This document shows positions 13,027-29,153 of a DNA stretch of 64,000 nt, in pieces; the first letter of the stretch is position 1, and each line of letters starts with the position of its first letter. The stretch lies in NCBI GenBank assembly GCA_001244265.2, contig CDLV01000012.1, forward strand, positions 620,001-684,000, given 5' to 3'. Origin of the DNA: Microbotryum violaceum (taxonomy: Eukaryota). The notes below the pieces were generated by a model. The model saw only the letters and a list, made by a program, of their open reading frames with translations, was not told the DNA's origin and did not search any database. The translations under genes and the position numbers were made by a program.

Positions 13027-13565
13027 TCAATGCGTCGATTGAAGAAGAGCGGTCTCGCCTTGACCGGGGGCCAGTCCATGAGGAAGGATCGCGTGTCCGT
13101 CGACACCGGAAGGGAAATGAGGTGCCAGGATCGGAGGCTCGGTCCGTGTTGTCTACAGCAACAGGATCAAAACGAAACGAAATGAATAAGTAAGACCACC
13201 ACGGGATCGTAGCGCAGTGCGTACCTCATGGTTCCCCACGCTGCCGTTCAACATGACGGTCTGGAATTGGGTCCACAATGCGTGGACGGGTTCGAAGCCG
13301 CTGCTGACGGAAGCGACGTTCTCGATGTTGCGGTTCAGCGCATTGGCGGAGGTGACGCATTTGGCTAGGTTCTAGAGGAGAGGTTGCGGGCTTGGAGCGG
13401 AGGTCAGATGAGGCAGGGCGAGGGAGGGGGATACGCGACGCGACGTGACGCGAACGCGCTGGTGTATGGGGATGTGTCTGGCGCGTGAGACGGATGACTT
13501 GCCTCGGCTATTTCGGCGATCAGGCGCGATCTTTCCCGTTCGAAATGAGGGGACGATTCGGTCAT
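13027..13565 (-). CDS. DAD1: DASH/Dam1 kinetochore complex subunit Dad1, 3 exons (absent from ORF track)
   Basis: Spliced translation MTESSPHFERERSRLIAEIAE|NLAKCVTSANALNRNIENVASVSSGFEPVHALWTQF matches the Dad1 pattern (F-E-x-x-R-x-x-L-I-x-E-I...LNR-x-x-E...LW-x-x-F). Intron 1 is GC-AG. Confidence 0.85.
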
Positions 13566-13775
13566 GGTGGCAGCGTTCGGGGTGGGGTGCGTGAGTTAAG
13601 GGTAGACGCGGAGGCCAGTCTGAGCGGAGTTGCTGGGCAGAGGAGGTCAAAGCGCAAAACACGGATAGACACCGACCGCGCTGACGACCGCGCGTTGACG
13701 ACCGGGCCGAGAGGAGCTGAGCTAGCGCTGAGCCGTGCTTCCCAGTCCCCAACGTGCTCGGCAACTCGTCCAAAT

Positions 13776-15345
13776 ATGGCCAAAAGGATCATCGCTACCA
13801 CCCCCTCCGCACCGGACGAGCCGAGTCGTCCCAAACGAATGCGACCGCTGCCCTTGTACGAGGCTTCGTCCCAGTTCAGGTTAGCTTCGTCCCGGCCTCG
13901 ACTCCCGCTCTGAAGGTGACTGACCAGCTGGGGTATTCGGTGGGATAGGCATTGGAGATTCTCTGCTTCGCGATTGGATCAGTTACGACACGAGTTGAAT
14001 GCCGAGGCTGGCAAGGTTGTTGCGGCAAAGGTCGAACAGGAGCAAGTCAGTCAGAGCACTTCCCCCACTTGTTCCTTCGCGTGTCCAGCACTCAAGCTCA
14101 TCCTGCCCTCTCATCCAGGTCCAAGCCCAAGCATCGACCAGCACCGAAACACCAGACATTGAAACCCCGCCCGTCCCGCCTGCCGAACACGACTACCTTT
14201 CCGCGTCGGACGAGCTCGCCCTAGTGACCTACTACCTCGTGCAAATACCCGGCCTATGTCGGGCCTTCCATTTGCCCGAGATCGTCCAAGCGACGGCTCA
14301 GTCGTACCTCAAGAGGTTTTACCTCAGCAACACGTGTATGGATTACCATCCCAAGCATGTCATGTACGTCCAACTACGGTCTAGAAGTAGAGGGTTGGGA
14401 GGGGGGGCGGGGGGGGGGGAAGAATTCTCCTTCCCCCCGAGTCACGCCTATCCCCTGACTATGATCTTCCTCTTCATCACACATAGGCTCACCTGCGTCT
14501 TTCTGGCCTGCAAAACGGAAAACCACATGCTCTCGATTGATGGCTTTACGTCCAAACTCAAAGAAACACCCGCTTCGATCCTCGACCTCGAATTCCTCGT
14601 CTCCCAATCGCTCAAATTTGAATACAAGGTTCATCATGCCTTCACCGCTGTTCAAGGGCTCGGTTTGGATCTTCAGGTCGGTTCAAAGGGAGCCGAACCA
14701 ACTGAGTAAAGAGAGAAAGAGCTGACCAACTTTTGTCGAATTTGCATGTTCCCCCCCCCCAGACGACCCCAGCACCTCTTGAATCCATTGCAACCCTCTA
14801 CGACCCCGCGCTCAAACACGCCCGTACGGCGCGTCTAACGGACCTCGAATTTCTCTACTCGCCTTCCCAAATCGCTCTTTCCTGCGTGCGTCTGATCGAT
14901 CCCCTCGCAGTCGAAACTTGGCTCGACGCCAAATTCGACCTCGTTTCAAAAAAATCTACCACTCTTGAAGATGAAGAGGGTGATTCCGATCAAGCGGAAT
15001 TGGATAAGAGGGGTTTGTTGAAGCAGTTGGATCGGATAGGGGAGGTCATCAAGGATGTGGATGAGAATGGCGCGGTGGACAAGGAGAAAGTTAAGGAGAT
15101 TGACCGCAGGTTGAAAGGGGCCAGTAATCCGGAGAAGGACCCTAAATCCATTTTGTGAGTCCGGTCTAGGCGCAGCCAGGAGAACCTCGAGGTTTGGGGT
15201 GGGCACTCATGTCTTTCTAAGCGTCGACGGTCGCGCGTGCAGGTACAAGCAAAAGCAAGAGGGAATGGCCCGAGCGAGGGAGGAGAAATCCAAGGCCAAG
15301 TCGGCCGCACGACCTCCGAACGACGATTCGAGCGTCTTTGACTAG
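13776..15345 (+). CDS. CCL1: Cyclin H (Ccl1/Mcs2; TFIIK/CAK cyclin), multi-exon
   Basis: [61 protein letters not shown] and LTDLEFLYSPSQIAL. Confidence 0.92.
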
Positions 15346-15406
15346 GGGCCCCCAACCTGTAGCTATTCTGCACACGTCCATCTCATTGTAAAATCACGCG
15401 CAATCT

Positions 15407-17792
15407 CTACGAAGTCCTCGTCTCATAAAACGTAATCGCCCATTCGACGCTTTCCCTAACAGGTAACAACGCACTCTCAACCCTAGCTCTCACCTCACTC
15501 CCTTCTTCTAACCCTTGCACCACAATCCTAATCCTATCCAACGTTCGATCCAGGCCATTCTTCATCCTCTCCGCCCTCGCCGCCTTCTGCACCGGTGTAC
15601 TGGACGCGAAAGCACTGATATCCCCCGGTTTGGGGGGCAAGACCGCGGACCAGAATTGGCGTAGGAATTCGTTCGCACTGGCTGCGATCGTCGTGCATTG
15701 ATCGAGGGTCGAGCGGGGTATCGCTCCCGAACTGGAGGTCGATTCGCGCGAGTTGCGTTCGACTTTGAGGAGAATGGATTGGGTCATGTCGTCCATTGAG
15801 GCGTTGATGGCTGCAGGGTCGGGATGGAACTGAGAATCGGAGGGAGAGATCAGTCACCTCGGATGAGCAGCCAGAACAAGGAAAAAGACGCTAGCTCACC
15901 TCTGACAATTGAGGTTCCCACACCTCCATCTCCTGCTTAACCCTCCTCACAATTTGCCCCATCTCCAACTCGTTCATTCTCATCTTCGCATCCCCTTCCT
16001 CATCCAATTCCGAAGCCGAAGTCGCTGCCGTCAATTTGTTGCGTTGTTGACTTAGGTTCAATTCGATACAGTCCGAGGCTGCGTGGTCTATTAGGTCGTC
16101 GAGAAGGATGTCGTCGTAATAGTTGCGGTCCTGGGGAGAAGAATCGAGGAGAGTTTGCTCAGTCAAAGCTAGAGAAGTCGGTGTGAATGAGGCCAACTGA
16201 CCCCTGCATTCCCAGGATCGAAACTGATCCGAGACCGATCGACCGAGTTACCTCTGAGTTCAGAAATACACTCATCAGCTCTGCTTTCATCTCCACAATT
16301 GCCCCAATACTCCCGGATGCTCACAAGGATTGATCGAGTAACCTTTCCGAATGCTCATTGAACCTTCGCATGAGAGGAAGTGCCGCGCGTTCTCGCCCTG
16401 CTCGCATCGTCACATCGGGTTGGATGTCGACCTGTGTAAAATATTGAGAACGAGTTAGACTTTTGGGCATTGTACCAAGTTCAGCGTTCGGATTTACCTC
16501 GTGTTGGTCTTCTTCGGTGGCAGCGAGATCCAGCAGACGATAGATGTCATGATGCTGCAAGTTCTTAGGCTCGAGATCTAGTGCCCGGATTTAGCCACAT
16601 CACCATAGCAATACAATTCATAGTTTGGACGATGACCTCTGGACTAACCGTCGTCTTCTTCCCCAAGGTACTTGTCAAAGATGGCGTCATCCTTGACTGA
16701 AGCGACGGCGCTACGGTTTGTTGTTCGATTCCGATTGAATAGTTTCGATTGAAAGTAGCGTGTCCAAAACTCTTGGTCGTTGAGCTGTTCATCAAGGGGG
16801 TGTCGATCGTTAGCCCGAAAAGACTTTTGAGAATTGACAAAAAGACCAAGCCAGCACTCAACTGGCACGGGAACGTTCTCGTTGTAAGCCTTGAGCACCA
16901 TCGGGTATTCCGCAAAGATGTCGGCGATTTGGGTCGGCGTGATCTTGACCGTCACCTCGCCCGACTCGCTCGTTTCGGGTCTCAGATCGACCATCGCTGC
17001 ACTCTTGCCTCGGAGTTGAGCCTCCCCCGCTCGTGCTTGCTCCAAGAGGGCCTCCCGACCTTCCCAAAATTCGGCTTCGGCTATCTGGCCAGACATGACG
17101 AGTTCTCGATGGAGGGTCATGAGGTTCGGATGGGCCTGGAGCACGAGTTTCCTCAGTCGAAAATCGGCCGCGGCCGAAGAATTTACTGCTGTTGCTGCTG
17201 CGGTCTTGCCAGCTCGATTCGGCGACGTCGAATTCGTCGTAAGATCAATCACCTCCCGCTCTTTACCCTTGCCCTTGGGCTCGCTCGAAGAGGATGTTGC
17301 TCCGTCGACGGGTGCAAGCGCGGCATTCGCTTCGAGCTCGCGGTTGTGGGCGATGATATGGGTCAATTGTTTCTTGAAGTGTTCGCGATCGGAGATGGCG
17401 GATGCACCAGCGGTGAAGTGGAACGAGTAAGCTGCTTCATCGGCTTTGTCTAAAAGGGAGAGGGTGATGTGGCGGGGGAGGGCAGCGAGTGGGTGCAAGG
17501 TTACTCGGAGCTGGACTTTGGAAGCGCCTTCCTTGGAGGCAAAGAGGGCTAAGGGATGTGTAGGGACGCGAAAAAAAAGTCAGCTGATGTGTAACAAGAT
17601 CTCTGGTTCAGTTTGATGCTCGTACGGACCCAGTAGTCGAGCGGTGGTGATGGCCAGCCGAGGTTGGGAGCTCGACGTCGATCCGAACGTGAGCAGCTCC
17701 GGTGTTAACGTCAGCACGCCTGCATCCTTCTTGTAGGCGACTTGGGCCGAGCACAGCACCGTTGAGCTCGCGCCTGTGCTCGTGCTGGACAT
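15407..17792 (-). CDS. TFB1: TFIIH core subunit Tfb1/p62 (PH + two BSD domains), multi-exon
   Basis: N-terminal YKKDAGVLTL PH-like region, LHRELVMSGQIAEAEFWEGR, QEFWTRYFQSKLF, DLAATEED, MRRFNEHSERLL and NEFLRQFWSA. Confidence 0.92.
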
Positions 17793-18433
17793 CGCGTCGC
17801 AGCTGAGGCCGGGTCTATTTCTGGGTCTTGGTCGGGGTGGGGGTGAAGTGGGGGAGACAGAGCCGGGTGAAGCGAGCACGGGGTCGAGCCTCGGGACAAT
17901 CGATGACGACGACAACGGAAGTGCGGTTTCCCTTTGCGCTAAGCAACGATGGTATGCTAGTAATCTAGATTAGAAACACGCCCTAAGCAGCCCGCCACGC
18001 CTCTCCGCGCGACTACCGCGCGTGCGATTTTAAATTTGAACCGCCACGCAGCGCCACGCCTCACATTCAGCACCTTGTCGACCTTTCTGCCTCCCATTCA
18101 ACGCCGAGCCGCCGACGCTGCGAGTGTGTCGTGTGAGTGTGTGTGTCGTGTGCCGCCGTCGAGGGGCCACAGCAGCCACGTGGATCTACTACCATCCACC
18201 CGCTACTTCGAGTCCTATTCGTCCATCGCTCGCTCCACGACGTACAGCTCGCTCTTGGCGCTTCCCCACAACAGCCTGCCACTGAGCCCGCCCGTCGTCG
18301 ACCAGGGCAGCCAGCAGGAGCCAGGAGCAGTCAGCGCCTCAGCGCCTCCGCCTCGCGCTCAGCCGCGCTCAGCGGACACGGCACCTTCGACGAACTAGCC
18401 GACCGAGACACAGCAGACGACGACAACGCGGCA

Positions 18434-23140
<4,707 letters not shown>

Positions 23141-23963
23141 GGAAGCTCCTGTTTTTTTTTATGTTGTCACAGGGGACATCAGACCCTCTTTCCTTCTCCT
23201 CCCCCACATCTCTGTCCTCTCCTATCTTCCTTTCCAACGCAGCATGACCATCCCATCCCTTTTCTCACTTTCTGTGACACCAACGCGTGGGGGGTTCTTC
23301 ATTTTTTTCTGTGCAATAACGAACCATCTCTCTCTCCCTCTCTTTTCCTCCCGAACGATCTGATGGGGAAGACGCCTTCGGTCTTGTACGGGTCGAGTTT
23401 GAGCCGCGGCTCGGGCTCCGACATCGAGCAAGGACGTAGTTCGGAAACGCTTCACAGATGGGAGAGTTGTGATGTCGCAAAGTTGACGTGGTGAAAGGTG
23501 ATGGATGGTCTTTCCACGCATGTCAAAAACAAAGCGGTGGTGGTGAGTGTTTGATAGGCAAGTGACCCCAGCGCATTCACTTGAAGGTCGATCATGGCCG
23601 ATCAGTCCTAGCAGGACTCAGGAGACGGCTGCAAAAGCTGTGCGAGCATGCAGAACTTTTTCCCGAAGCGCTTCTTCTTTGGTAGAGTAGTAGGTCACGT
23701 AAGGATTTTAGGTCATTCGAAGTTGCCTTACACCCTGTTCTCGGGGAGTTTCAATAAATCGTCGGCGGCGGCGGCGCTCGGGTTCGGTAATCAGTTTCCA
23801 CCGGACCCGTCGCCGGCGTCGCGGACGGCAGCAGCAGCTTTAGCTTCCAACCCTGCTTCTCCCCGAGAGCGAGCCAAACTCTCTGATCCCCGTTCCCGGC
23901 CGTAGGTCCCTCAAGTTCAAATTGAAGCGGCCCGAACAACCATTCATCGTACAAGAATTCAAC

Positions 23964-26853
23964 ATGGCCATCCCAATCAGTCAAGTCGCTGCAGCCCTGT
24001 TGGTAATCCTCGTCGCGGCGTGGTTCTTCTCGTCCCAATCCTTGGGCGCCGGCGCAAGCTCGTCCTCGATCGACAAGGCCGGCCTCAGCAACGGCGGCGC
24101 GAGTCATGCCGCTGCGGGTGACGAAGAGTCCTCAGGGCGTGATTTCGTCGCGGCGATGCAGAAAGCGGTGAGTCATGCGGCTCAACTCGCATTCGTGGTC
24201 GTGGGGACATGTCGTGCGCTGTGGATGAATCCCGGGATTGGCGAGTTGAGCGCTGCGGGTAGGATGGTCGTGGTTCGCGTACGGGCCGTCGTTTTGCCGC
24301 CGCGTGAGCCGCGGGCCTTTCAAAAGGCTATCAGGCCTCATTCCTCGTCATCCAATCCTCTGAGAACAATGGAGTTTATTGACCCCAGTAGAACATGTCG
24401 ACCGACACCCAATACCCTGATCTCCCGATGACGACAACTCGACGCTGACGAGTGGTTTCCTCCTTCCCCGGCGCACTTTCCCACCTTTCCCCACTCCGGC
24501 CGTCGCTGCCCTTCCCGGTCTGCAGAAGAAGAAGATTGTCATCTTTTATGGATCTCAAACCGGTACAGCGGAAGACTATGGCACCCGTATCGCCAAGGAG
24601 GCCAAGTCGCGCTACGGCCTGTCCTCGCTCGTCTGTGATCCTGAAGAGTGAGTTGCCACTTCCGGCGATTCTGGCGATCGAAGCGCTTTGATCGCACACG
24701 ACCGCGCGATACCGGGACTGATCGCGAGCTTCCTCGATGGTAGATACGATTTCGAGACGTTGGACCAGGTCCCCGAGGATGCGCTCGTCGTCTTCTGCGT
24801 CGCGACATACGGCGAGGGTGAACCGACCGATAACGCGGTGGGTCTCATGGACTTCCTCAAGGGGGACACGATCGAGCTCTCCAAGGGTGGGGACTCGCTC
24901 GAGAACCTCAACTATGTCATCTTTGCTCGTGAGTTATCTGGCACCGTTTCGCCAGCCGGCGTCGGGAGTAACCCGATGGCCGCAGCGGAACTAGCGCTGG
25001 GTGCCATCTCACATGCGCAATACCATGCTGATGCTCTCATATTCGCCTCATAGTTGGTAACAGCACCTATGAACACTTTTGCGCCATCGGTCGTCAAATC
25101 GACGAGCGTCTTAGCAAGCTCGGCGCCAAGCGTGTCGGCGAGCTCGGAGAAGGTGACGACGATAAAAACATGGAAGAGGACTACCTCAGCTGGAAGGACG
25201 GGATGTGGGAAGCGGTGCAGAAGCAGCTCGGGTGGGAGGAGGGGGCCGGCGGTGATGTCGCTGATTTCGAGGTGACGGAAAAGTCCGAGGTCGACGAGGC
25301 CAAGGTCTTCTTGGGCGAGTTGTCGCATCGCGCCTTGACGGGAACCCGAGGCGTCTTTGATGCCAAGAACCCTTACGCCGCACCGATCCTCGAGGCCAAG
25401 GAGTTGTTCGAGGACGGTGACCGCAACTGCGTTCATGCCGAGTTCGACATTTCCGACTCGGGCGTGCGATACCAGACCGGTGACCACGTTGGTGTTTGGC
25501 CCCTCAACCCCGATGCCGAGGTCGAACGCTGGCTCCGCATCTTGGGTCTCTCGGAAAAGCGCGACCAGGTCATCGACGTCAAGTCGCTCGACCCGGCTTT
25601 GGCCAAAGTCCCCTTCCCCGTTCCAACGACGTACGACACCGTCCTTCGTCACTACGTCGATGTCTCCGGCCTCGCTTCTCGGCAGACCGTCGGCTCCTTC
25701 GCCAAGTACGCCCCAACTGAGGATGCCCGGCGATTGCTCGAGCAGCTCGGTTCGGACAAGGCCTTGTACCAGGCTAAGGTCGGTGCCCCTTGCTACAAGA
25801 CATCACAGGTCTTGCTCCTTGCCGCTGGTGACTCGCTCACGGCCGACCCAGCCTCGGCGAACTACAAGCAATGGTCCATCCCTTTCGATCGCGTCATCTC
25901 CAGCATCCCCCGTCTGCACCCTCGTTACTACTCGATCTCGTCGTCACCAAAACTTTACCCCACTGCGATCCACATCACCGCTGTTGTGCTCAAGTACCAG
26001 GCCGTGAAAGGCGATCCTGCGTACTCGTACGGTGTCGGCACGAACTACATCCTCAACCTCAAGGTCGCCCACACAGGTGGTGCCCGAACGTCTCGCGAGG
26101 AGGGTACACCCGTCTATAAGATCGAGGGTCCGCGTGGCAAGTACAAGAAGGGCTCGGCGTTCTGCGCTCCGATTCACGTACGCCGCTCCAACTTCCGCTT
26201 GCCGACGTCACCCAAGATTCCCGTCGTCATGGTCGGACCTGGTACGGGTGTCGCGCCGTTCCGAGCCTTCATTCAAGAACGTGTTGCGCTCGCTCGCAAG
26301 GCCAAGGAGAAGGATGGTGCCGACGCGCTCAAGGACTGGGGTACGATCGACCTCTTTTACGGGTGCCGTCGCTCGGACTGGGATTTCTTGTACAAGGACG
26401 AATGGAAAGCGTACGAACAAGAATTGGACGGCAAGTTCCGTATGCACGTCGCCCTTTCACGCGAGCCGAATCAACCCAAGGTTTACGTGCAGCAGTTGAT
26501 CAAGGATTTGGGCGATCATATTGGAGATTCGCTCGTTGCTAGGAAGGGTTACGCTTACATCTGGTCAGTCTTTGCTTGAGATAGTTCAAAGGGGAGCGTC
26601 GTGAATTGATTGAGGGTTGTGCTCTCTTCTTTACAGCGGTGATGCCAAGCATATGGCGCGCGAGGTCGAGGACATCTTTGAGGACATCCTTGGGAAGGCC
26701 AAGGGAGGCAGCAAGGCCGAGGGAGCCAGGGAGCTCAAGTTGCTCAAGGACCGAAACCGTCTCTTGCTCGATGTGAGTATATCAGTGCAAGTTTTGCACC
26801 TCGTTCCGAGTTCGGGAAGGCTAATCCGCTCTGCGTTCCAGGTGTGGTCATGA
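23964..26853 (+). CDS. CPR1: NADPH-cytochrome P450 reductase, multi-exon
   Basis: N-terminal TM anchor, FMN motifs YGSQTGTAED and ATYGEGEPTDNA, FAD motif RYYSISSS, GPGTGVAPF, FYGCRR and C-terminal DVWS*. Confidence 0.97.
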
Positions 26854-27310
26854 TCGTCACCTCTTTATTTGGCAAATGTCCTCCATAAAGCTGTGTCCAT
26901 GTCTTGCTTTCTCACGCACAGAGATGTTTACGTCATATGCAACGAATCTTTTTATGGTCTGTATGCCGAGTTGGTGTAGTCGAACGAGAACGAAATCAAA
27001 ACCAAAGCAAAGCATTTCCAGCATCAGTGCTGTCGGAGCGAGATCTTCAAGGATCCCGAGCGTCTTCCCCCCCAGGATGGAAGCCTTCCTATTCGGTGAC
27101 GAGAGAGAATGTACACCCAGATCACAAAATATATGACTTGCTGCAGCGATACGTCGTTTTGGTATGGGAAAAGTCGGGCCGATTTGGTTCAGACTGGATC
27201 GGAAAAAGGCTCGGTCGGAGCTCGTCGGCTCGATGGTCGCCAATCTTGCTCTTGACTTACCTGCTTCCGTTGCGTCGTGCTGCAGCATCGCAGCTCAGAC
27301 CCAAGCTACG

Positions 27311-29067
27311 ATGCTTGCGGTACCAAATCGGATGCTACCACCATCGGGGACAGTGTTATTTATTGTAAATGCTCTACTTCCCACTGCAAGCCGGCGGACG
27401 TTCAGCAGCACGTCGTTTCGTCGATCGACGTCATCAAACTCATCATCGTCCCCGTCTGCATCCTCCTCCTCATCGGGCGAGGGCAACACGACATCCAATA
27501 CATCCTCTATCCCACCCTTGATCGGTAGCGCACCCCAACTACGACGCCACCTCGTAATTCACACCAATAACGCCGCTTCGACGTGGCCTTCGCACCTCGA
27601 ATCGACGTCGGCCTTGTACAAACATTTGGGCCAGCGATGGGCCAAACATCCTGAGTTGAGCAAGTTGGGCTTTGGGATGAGTGATGCGGGGTTGAGGAAT
27701 GAGAGGGAGGTTAGGGATGGAGGAGGGAACTGGGATCCCTCGACTAATCGATTCGAAGAACCGAAGGCATCGGGATCGGAGGAGTAAGTTTTGATGATTG
27801 CGGAGTGGAGGGGGTTCACGAGCTGAAAGGATTTGAACTTGTTGCACAGGATCTATTCGGCGACGTTGTACCCTGATTTTATACAAGTACCCCAAATTTC
27901 TATCTCGTCGATCGAGACATTCGAGAACCTATTCCTTTCCCTAGATCCCGTTCCGATAAAATCCGCCGTCTCGGAAACGGCCGCTCCACTTAGAACGGAC
28001 ATCTACGTCTGCACGCACGGCACTCGGGATTGTCGGTGTGGGGATATTGGAGAACCCCTGTATAAAAAATTGGTCGAGCGGGCTCAGCGGAGGGATTTGG
28101 GCCCGGATCGAGTTGGGATAAATAGGATCGCTCATGGTGGGTCGACAAATCTTTGCTATTTCTGTATCTTAGCGGGGCACGGGCTGAAGTGCAATCGCCG
28201 GTGGTCCTTTACAGTCGGTGGACACAAGTGGGCTGGGAATGCACTCGTGTATCGACAAGGGGGTGAATGCGATTGGTGAGTCCCCCAAAATGCTAGACCT
28301 CTTTACTCTTGCTTCGGCGACTGATGGCCCATTTGAATCCCAACCCCGAAAGGCTCGGATTGCTGAGGGATACGGACGCAGATGAGGTACTGGACTTTGC
28401 ACTCCGGCCCAGTCCCATCACACCTTGGTGGACCCGCTGGCGAGGCCGACTCGGAATTAGTTCGGACGAAGCTAGATCAATGTACCAAGATGCAACCGCG
28501 CCAGGTGCGACGATCGAGGCGAGGAAGAAGAGGAAGGAGAGTGTGCGGAACGCGTTGGGCGATCCGGTGCAGTTGAGTTTCTTGAGTTGGGATAAGGTCG
28601 ATCGGTATGATGTGACGGCTTATGAGGGAGAATCGGTGATGGTTAGTCCTTTCCAACGCTCTCTGAACATAATCGATCGTGTGATAGCAGAGAACTGATC
28701 GGACTGTCGGTCCTTCTTTGATCGACACAGGAGGCAGCAAAACGCAATGACCTCCCGGCGATCCTTGCGACCTGCGGTGGGTTCTGCGAATGCGCAACAT
28801 GTCATGTTCATGTTGATGTCGACCCGGAGCAAGTTGGTTGGTCCGAGATGACCGACGAAGAGGACGAACAGCTCGATTTTGCGATGGACCGCAAGCCGGA
28901 CTCAAGGTGAGGGGGTTCCGCCTTTCTGCACCAGTAGGTGCTCACTCATTGACTTCTGGGTTCATCGGCGACCGTATTCTCAAAGGCTTGGCTGTCAATT
29001 GCGCGTTACGAAAGCGTTGGGCGAGTGGGTACAAGGTGGGGGTAGGATCACGCTGCCGCGATATTAA
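27311..29067 (+). CDS. Fusion of an Aim32/Apd1-type (sucrase/ferredoxin-like) domain and an adrenodoxin/Yah1-type 2Fe-2S ferredoxin, with predicted mitochondrial presequence; 6 exons
   Basis: VCTHGTRDCRCG...RIAH|VGGHKWAGN...WRGRLG, then CGGFCECATCHVHV...S|RLGCQ. Introns 27784-27849, 28137-28214, 28276-28352, 28642-28730 and 28907-28985. Confidence 0.85.
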
Positions 29068-29153
29068 CTGACCCGAGAGGCCGTAAGGGATGGAGCAAGA
29101 GTACACTGCAAACAACCTAGACTGCACTGCAAACATTTCAAGCGTTTTCATAA

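Noticed and set aside
16749-17453. 234-aa plus-strand ORF
   Set aside because: Antisense to TFB1 coding sequence.
18137-18433. N-terminal extension of YAK1 from a non-ATG start
   Set aside because: GC-rich open leader with no support. The first ATG is 18434.
24360-24425. TPP riboswitch-like CTGAGA...ATACCCTGATC
   Set aside because: Spacing is wrong, the downstream GATAATGC/GCGTAGG elements are absent, and the host gene is unrelated to thiamine.
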